Assembly (NCBI GenBank): GCA_031422435.1
Contig: JANPLU010000060.1
Location: 1 to 10,353, forward strand
DNA length: 10,353 nt
From: Acaryochloridaceae cyanobacterium VAR_48_metabat_390
GTDB taxonomy: Bacteria; Cyanobacteriota; Cyanobacteriia; Thermosynechococcales; Thermosynechococcaceae
Reading direction: 5' to 3'
In this document: one piece after another, positions 5,355 through 10,353 of the stretch
How positions within the stretch are numbered: position 1 is the stretch's first letter
How the letters are laid out: every line of letters begins with the position of its first letter
Position numbers and translations under genes: made by a program
Notes under the pieces: model-generated
Seen by the model: only the letters and a program-made list of their open reading frames with translations
The model's database searches: none
Told to the model about the DNA's origin: nothing

Positions 5355-7844
5355 ATGAAGAAGGCTCAGATTTTTGGTGCATTATGCATTACCGCAACGG
5401 CATCTATATTGGTGCCTCAGCCAACCCAAGCCACCGAAACGCCCAGCACCCAAGTGGTTGACTTACTCGCTCAAGGCGCTAAGCCCACCCGCCCCATTAA
5501 CATTACAGGGGTACGGCTCAACCCAACCGAGGCTGGGGTTGAAGTTATTTTGCAAATGGCTCAAGGTGAAACCCTTCAACCCGAAGCGCGCACCAGCACC
5601 AGTACGACTTTCTTTTCTGAAATTCCCAACGCGACCCTATCACTGCCCAATGGTCAGGGCTTTCGGGCAGAGAACCCCGCACCAGGTATTAAAAGCGTTA
5701 CGGTCAATCAACTTGAGGGTTCTGTCATTCAGATTCAGGCTGTTGGTGAAACGACCCTGCCGATCATGAGCATTAAGTCTGAACAAAGCGCTACCGTTGC
5801 CGATGCAGCAGAGGGAGAAGAAGAAGTTGTAGTGACGGGTAGCCAACAACGAGGCTATCGTGTCCCCAGTTCCTCCACCGCAACCGGAACTGATACGCCC
5901 ATACTAGAAACGCCTTTTTCGGTACAGGTTATTCCCAAAGAAGTGATTCGGGATCAGCAGGCGATCAGCGTAGAAGAAGCACTCCAAAACGTGAGCGGCA
6001 TTAGCTATGGCGGCAGCGATGGCGGTCGTGATACCAACATTGGGATTCGAGGTTTTGGGACTGGGTTTAGCGGTCTCCCTTTATTGAGAGACGGCTTTCG
6101 ACAGTACGGCAGTTTTCAAGGCATTCCAGAGGTTGCCAATTTAGAGCAGATTGAGGTTCTTAAAGGACCATCCTCCATTTTGTACGGGCAGATTGAACCA
6201 GGCGGCATCCTTAATTTGGTCTTAAAGAAACCCCTCCCAGAACCGTTTTACGAGCTAGAACTTCAGGCTGGCAACCGAGATCGGGTACAGCCCCGCATTG
6301 ATTTCAATGGCCCTTTGACCGCAGATGGGACGGTATTAGCGCGATTGAGCGCCCTATATAAACATGAAGATAACTTTCGAGGGTTTGATACTCCTACCGA
6401 TCGCTTTGCCATTGCGCCATCCCTGACCTGGAAAATTAGCGATCGCACCAAGGTCGATTTTTCTCTGGAATATATTCGTAATAGTGGCCCAGCAGATTTT
6501 GGCATTACCCGATTTGGGACTGGCGTTGCCCCCATCCCCAGAAATCGGCCGATCAACAACCCTGATGACAGTCTTACCACTAACTTCCTGAGCTTAGGCT
6601 ATACCTTTGAGCATGAGTTTAACGATAACTGGAAGATCCGCAACGGCTTCCGCTACCTGCGCTATACCTATGACTACAGCGTCGTCGCACTACCCTTCAT
6701 TGTAAATGGTGCGGATGTTACCCGCTTCTATGCTGACCAAGATGGAGTCGCCAATTCCTATTCGCTATACACCAACGTGGTGGGCAAATTTTCCACTGCC
6801 TCTATTAAACACACCCTCACCGCAGGCGTTGACCTCAACCGCACGGATGATGGCGTCCTCACGGGTTTTGATATTTTTAATCCATCTACCATCAATATTT
6901 TTAGCCCAGACTACAACTTAGTCCCTAAACCCCTTCGAGCAGACCTCCCTCCCTTTCAGGACACCAATGTTACATCCAAGCGGCTGGGGGTTTATATCCA
7001 AGATCAGGTGCAATTACTAGACAACTTAATCTTTGTCGCTGGGGTGCGCTATGACACCATTACTCAAAAAACGACTAATATCCAGACCGACTTTATAGCT
7101 GGAGGAGAATCTACCCAAGCCGATTCAGCCTTTACCCCGCGATTCGGCCTCATTTACCGACCGATTGAGCAGGTTGCTTTATTTGCCAACTACTCTCAAT
7201 CCTTTAACCCTAGTACAACCACAACCTCTTTGGGGACACCTCTGGGCGCAGAGCGGGGAGAGGGGTTTGAGTTTGGGGTCAAAACAGAGTTACTTGACAA
7301 GAAATTGCTGGCAACGCTGTCTTACTTCAATATCACCAAAAATAATGTTGCCGTTAACGATCCTGACTTTCCGCTTTTCTCGATTCCGGTGGGGCAACAG
7401 CGCAGCCAGGGCATTGAGCTAGATGTTGCCGGAGAAATACTCCCTGGTTGGAAGGTGATTGGGTCTTATGCCTATACCGATGCCAAAGTATCAAGAGATA
7501 CCAATCCAGATAATATTGGCAACCGTTTGGGCGGCGTTGCCAAACACTCAATGAGCCTATGGACAACCTACGAAATTCAAAAAGGTGCGCTAAAAGGACT
7601 TGGCTTTGGCGCTGGCTTAAACTACGTCGGCAACCGGTTTGGTGATTTAGCGAATACCTATGAGATTGGCGACTATTTGATTGGTAATGCGGCTATTTTT
7701 TATACCCGAGATCGCTATCGTTTTGCGCTCAACTTCAAAAATCTTACTAACGCAAACTACATCAAGGGTTCCACTGGTAATGAAGGTGGTATTGAGCCAG
7801 GTGAACCGTTTACGGTGATTGGCTCATTCTCGGTGAAGTTTTAG
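5355..7844 (+). CDS. TonB-dependent siderophore-type receptor with N-terminal AMIN domain (complete)
   Basis: 829 aa. Signal peptide; AMIN-like ITGVRLNPTEAGVEVIL; TonB-box-like EEEVVVTG; plug motifs TATGTDTPILETPFSVQVIP and IEVLKGPSSILYGQIEPGGILNLV; beta-barrel ending in C-terminal Phe (GSFSVKF). Confidence 0.95.
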   Translation: MKKAQIFGALCITATASILVPQPTQATETPSTQVVDLLAQGAKPTRPINITGVRLNPTEAGVEVILQMAQGETLQPEARTSTSTTFFSEIPNATLSLPNGQGFRAENPAPGIKSVTVNQLEGSVIQIQAVGETTLPIMSIKSEQSATVADAAEGEEEVVVTGSQQRGYRVPSSSTATGTDTPILETPFSVQVIPKEVIRDQQAISVEEALQNVSGISYGGSDGGRDTNIGIRGFGTGFSGLPLLRDGFRQYGSFQGIPEVANLEQIEVLKGPSSILYGQIEPGGILNLVLKKPLPEPFYELELQAGNRDRVQPRIDFNGPLTADGTVLARLSALYKHEDNFRGFDTPTDRFAIAPSLTWKISDRTKVDFSLEYIRNSGPADFGITRFGTGVAPIPRNRPINNPDDSLTTNFLSLGYTFEHEFNDNWKIRNGFRYLRYTYDYSVVALPFIVNGADVTRFYADQDGVANSYSLYTNVVGKFSTASIKHTLTAGVDLNRTDDGVLTGFDIFNPSTINIFSPDYNLVPKPLRADLPPFQDTNVTSKRLGVYIQDQVQLLDNLIFVAGVRYDTITQKTTNIQTDFIAGGESTQADSAFTPRFGLIYRPIEQVALFANYSQSFNPSTTTTSLGTPLGAERGEGFEFGVKTELLDKKLLATLSYFNITKNNVAVNDPDFPLFSIPVGQQRSQGIELDVAGEILPGWKVIGSYAYTDAKVSRDTNPDNIGNRLGGVAKHSMSLWTTYEIQKGALKGLGFGAGLNYVGNRFGDLANTYEIGDYLIGNAAIFYTRDRYRFALNFKNLTNANYIKGSTGNEGGIEPGEPFTVIGSFSVKF

Positions 7845-7903
7845 GCGTTAGTGAGATCTGCTCATATTTACTGTTGTCAACCTACTCTGTCAAAAGAAAA
7901 AAC

Positions 7904-8662
7904 ATGAAAAATATTCTATGCGTGTCTTTAATTGTCGTTAGCGGTGCGATCGCCGTTGCCTGCCAGTCCACACCATCCACTACAACTAATACTTCTAGCC
8001 CATCCCCCACGCTTGCCGCCCAAAAGCCTGACGCTAACTTTGATGAGGCGATGTATCTCTTCGTCAATCCAGATGTCAAGAAGTTAATTGAGCAGGGCAA
8101 GTACAAATCTGGGCTAGATCACTATACCCAAGTGGGACAAACCGCCAAAAAGCCCGACGGTGAAGATTATGAAAGCTTCTTTACAGGCACTAACGGCAGC
8201 GATACCATCCAAAGCTTTGGGCAAGGAAAACACGCCCATCTTTCAGGGGTTGCCTTTGAAATTGTTGATAAACCTAAAGATCCGCTACCGCTGCGCCCCA
8301 AAAGCTTCGGCAAGGGCGAAAAGGATGTTTTAGTGGGTACTCAAGAAGGCGGTAATGAATTTGTTTTGGGCAGTTTTATTACTTCCGTCAACCCCAAAGC
8401 AGAGCCTTTCTACGTGGGCAAAGGAGATGATGACTACGCTCAAGTGCAAAACTTTACCCCGACTAATGATGTGCTGCTACTGACCGGAATCCCAAATCAG
8501 TACAAGTTTGAAGCAGTAGACAGCAATCTGCGAATTTCAACGACCCAGGGCGATCTGGTGGCGGTTATTGAAGGCATCGACAAACTTGTGGTGGGCGACC
8601 AGATCAAGGAGCTTGGGGTTTTTACGATGAAGTCACCTCAGCATAAGAAGGATGAATCCTGA
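7904..8662 (+). CDS. Uncharacterised lipoprotein with an FDE..YL..NPDV motif and a C-terminus resembling RTX/calcium-binding proteins
   Basis: Starting at ATG 7904 (preferred over TTG 7874) gives MKNILCVSLIVVSGAIAVA-C, a compact signal with lipobox. It is followed by a Ser/Thr linker, FDEAMYLFVNPDV...G.YKSGLDHY..VG, and a C-terminal FVLG...FYVGKGDDDYAQVQNFTPTNDVLLL. Confidence 0.8.
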   Translation: MKNILCVSLIVVSGAIAVACQSTPSTTTNTSSPSPTLAAQKPDANFDEAMYLFVNPDVKKLIEQGKYKSGLDHYTQVGQTAKKPDGEDYESFFTGTNGSDTIQSFGQGKHAHLSGVAFEIVDKPKDPLPLRPKSFGKGEKDVLVGTQEGGNEFVLGSFITSVNPKAEPFYVGKGDDDYAQVQNFTPTNDVLLLTGIPNQYKFEAVDSNLRISTTQGDLVAVIEGIDKLVVGDQIKELGVFTMKSPQHKKDES

Positions 8663-8769
8663 GGTTAAAACCGTTTGTCTTTGATGGGTTTCTGTTGATA
8701 AACAAAGAGGCGATCGCCAAGCTACGCATCAAAAGTCTGCTCTTTTTCCCATTTGTGTGAGGTTCAATC

Positions 8770-10233
8770 ATGAAACTTTCTCAATTACTGAAATCTTTAA
8801 TTGTCGTTAATCCGTTATGGTGCTTATTTATTCAACCCGTAGTAGCAAATGAGCTAGAACAAAAACAGGGCAATTCTCAACTAGAGCTTTCAGCTAAACC
8901 CTCTATCCGTGCGGCTGATTTATTGGCTCAAGAGACTACTGCTACCGTTGTAAAAATTACTGGGGTTAAGCTAAACCCTACCGTAGCTGGCCTTGAGGTG
9001 GTGCTAGAGAGCGATCTAACCTCAACGGTTGTCCCTGTCACCCGAACTGAGGGCAATCTTTTCATTGCAGAGCTTAAGAATGCGGTACTGACGCTCCCTG
9101 AAGGGCAAGGATTTCAGGCCATAAATCCGGCAGCAGGAATTACTCGCGTTAGCGTGACGCAGGTGAATGAGACAACGATAGAAGTGAGCGTGGTCGGCAC
9201 GGAGAAAACTCCTACTGCAACGGTTAAAGTGACAGAGGCAACGATGGCACAGCAGCCAGCACCTACTGAATCAATCGAAGGAGAAGAAGAAATTGTTGCG
9301 ACTGGAGAACAAGAGACTGGCTACCGTGTGCCCAATGCGAGTACAGCAACTAAAACAGACACCCCCATTCGAGACATTCCTGCCAGTATTCAGGTGATTC
9401 CAAGGGAAGTCATTCGTGACCAAGGCGCTACCAATATTAGAGAAACCCTCAGAAACGTTAGCGGCGTCACCTATTCTTCATCATCAGGAAATCGAGGTGA
9501 GAGGTTTGTTTTACGTGGATTTGAAGCCGAACAATTTGAGAATGGCTTTCGCAATGACTTTTTCTCAAGCCGAACCCAGCGGGAACTTGCCCATATTCAA
9601 CAAGTTGAAGTCCTAAAAGGACCTGCCTCCATTTTATTTGGACGTGTGGAACCCTCGGGAGTTGTCAATTTTGTCACCAAACAGCCATTACTTGAGCCAC
9701 TTTATGAACTTGGATTTACCGCAGGCAGCTTTAGCTTCTTTCGCCCCACTGCCGATCTGTCTGGCCCCATAACCAAGGATAAAAACCTTGCCTACCGCTT
9801 TAATATTGCCTACGAAAACGCAGGGAGCTTTCGTGATCGCGTGCAATCTGACCGCATCTTTCTAGCCCCTAGCCTGTCCTGGCAAATTAGCCCCGATACA
9901 AAATTCAGCTTTGACGTGACCCATCTGCGAGACAAGCGACCCATTGATCGGGGAATTGTGGTTCTTAGCAATAATCAGATTGCCAACATACCCATTAGCC
10001 GTGTGTTAGGCGATCCCACTCAGCAAGAAGACTTTACTGAGACACGGGCAACCCTCGCTCTAGAGCATCGCTTTAGCTCAAATATCTCCCTTAAATCGGC
10101 ATTTCGCTATACCAATGCTACAGAAGATGGTCCTGGCTGCACTCTTCAAATCTTTGACGCATCTAATGATGATCAAAACTATCCCGTCAGCCAGTGTTTT
10201 GGTAGGCAAGATTACAATAGACCTCTTGCGTGA
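8770..10233 (+). pseudogene. Second AMIN-domain TonB-dependent receptor, interrupted by an IS insertion
   Basis: Signal peptide, AMIN, EEEIVATG and plug (VEVLKGPASILFGRVEPSGVVNFV) are present, but only part of the barrel. Native sequence stops at ...RQDYN (~10218). The last residues RPLA* are read from the IS terminal sequence, and there is no C-terminal Phe. Confidence 0.9.
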
Positions 10234-10353
10234 ATCATGGAGAGAGTGCAAGTTCAAAATTGATAATCGCGGCAATCAAGTTGAATCGTAATCCGAAACG
10301 CTTACGCCGATTACGATAGCGTTCAGCCAGAATCCGAAAAATCTTAAGCTTGC
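10219..10353 (-). mobile_element. End of an IS5-family (ISL2/IS702-like) insertion sequence
   Basis: The terminal sequence AGACCTCTTGC begins at about 10219, exactly where receptor similarity ends and 16 nt beyond the transposase stop. The boundary is uncertain by 1-2 nt. Confidence 0.8.
10235..10353 (-). CDS. IS5-family (ISL2 group, DDE_Tnp_4-like) transposase, C-terminal fragment
   Basis: My translation of the minus strand (not in the ORF track) is KLKIFRILAERYRNRRKRFGLRFNLIAAIINFELALSP*. This matches the characteristic LKIFRIL.ERYRNRR.RFGLRFNLIA tail of these cyanobacterial transposases. Confidence 0.9.
   Translation of the reverse strand, partial: KLKIFRILAERYRNRRKRFGLRFNLIAAIINFELALSP

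Larger units (their letters stand above)
2088..8717. repeat. HIP1 octamer GCGATCGC, eight dispersed copies
   Basis: Copies seen at 2088, 3031, 3989, 4898, 5270, 6439, 7946 and 8710. This is far above chance for an 8-mer in 10 kb and is a cyanobacterial hallmark. Confidence 0.9.

Noticed and set aside
7874..7903. TTG start for the lipoprotein as given in the ORF track
   Set aside because: The ATG at 7904 gives a canonical short lipoprotein signal peptide (MKN, hydrophobic core, lipobox).
8674..8706. Hairpin between the lipoprotein gene and TBDT2
   Set aside because: The pairing depends mostly on G-U pairs and mismatches, which is too weak to call a terminator.
2312..10275. Short antisense or out-of-frame ORFs inside exbB, exbD, the phosphatase, PepSY, both TBDTs and the lipoprotein
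   Set aside because: They lie wholly or mostly within well-supported genes and show no recognisable motifs.
1..10353. Composite transposon carrying the uptake cluster
   Set aside because: The flanking elements belong to different families (IS630 and IS5), and the right one interrupts a gene of the cluster.

Overview
Cyanobacterial TonB-dependent uptake locus, most likely for iron or another metal; the taxon is supported by eight HIP1 GCGATCGC sites and by AMIN-domain receptors. A minus-strand tonB diverges from exbB-exbD across a region with two sigma70-type promoters and Fur-box-like sites. The plus strand continues with a histidine-phosphatase-family lipoprotein, a PepSY-TM (FoxB-like) membrane protein, a complete AMIN-domain TonB-dependent transporter (TBDT), an uncharacterised lipoprotein, and a second TBDT cut off mid-barrel by an IS5-family (ISL2/IS702-like) element. 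The left edge is the 3' end of an IS630-family transposase. The most notable points are the two unexplained lipoproteins, with no ABC binding protein or AraC regulator in the window; a TonB with a shortened C-terminal domain and a long tail; and two exact short motifs shared near the starts of the transporter and lipoprotein genes. All family assignments are from motif recognition by eye; no searches were run.
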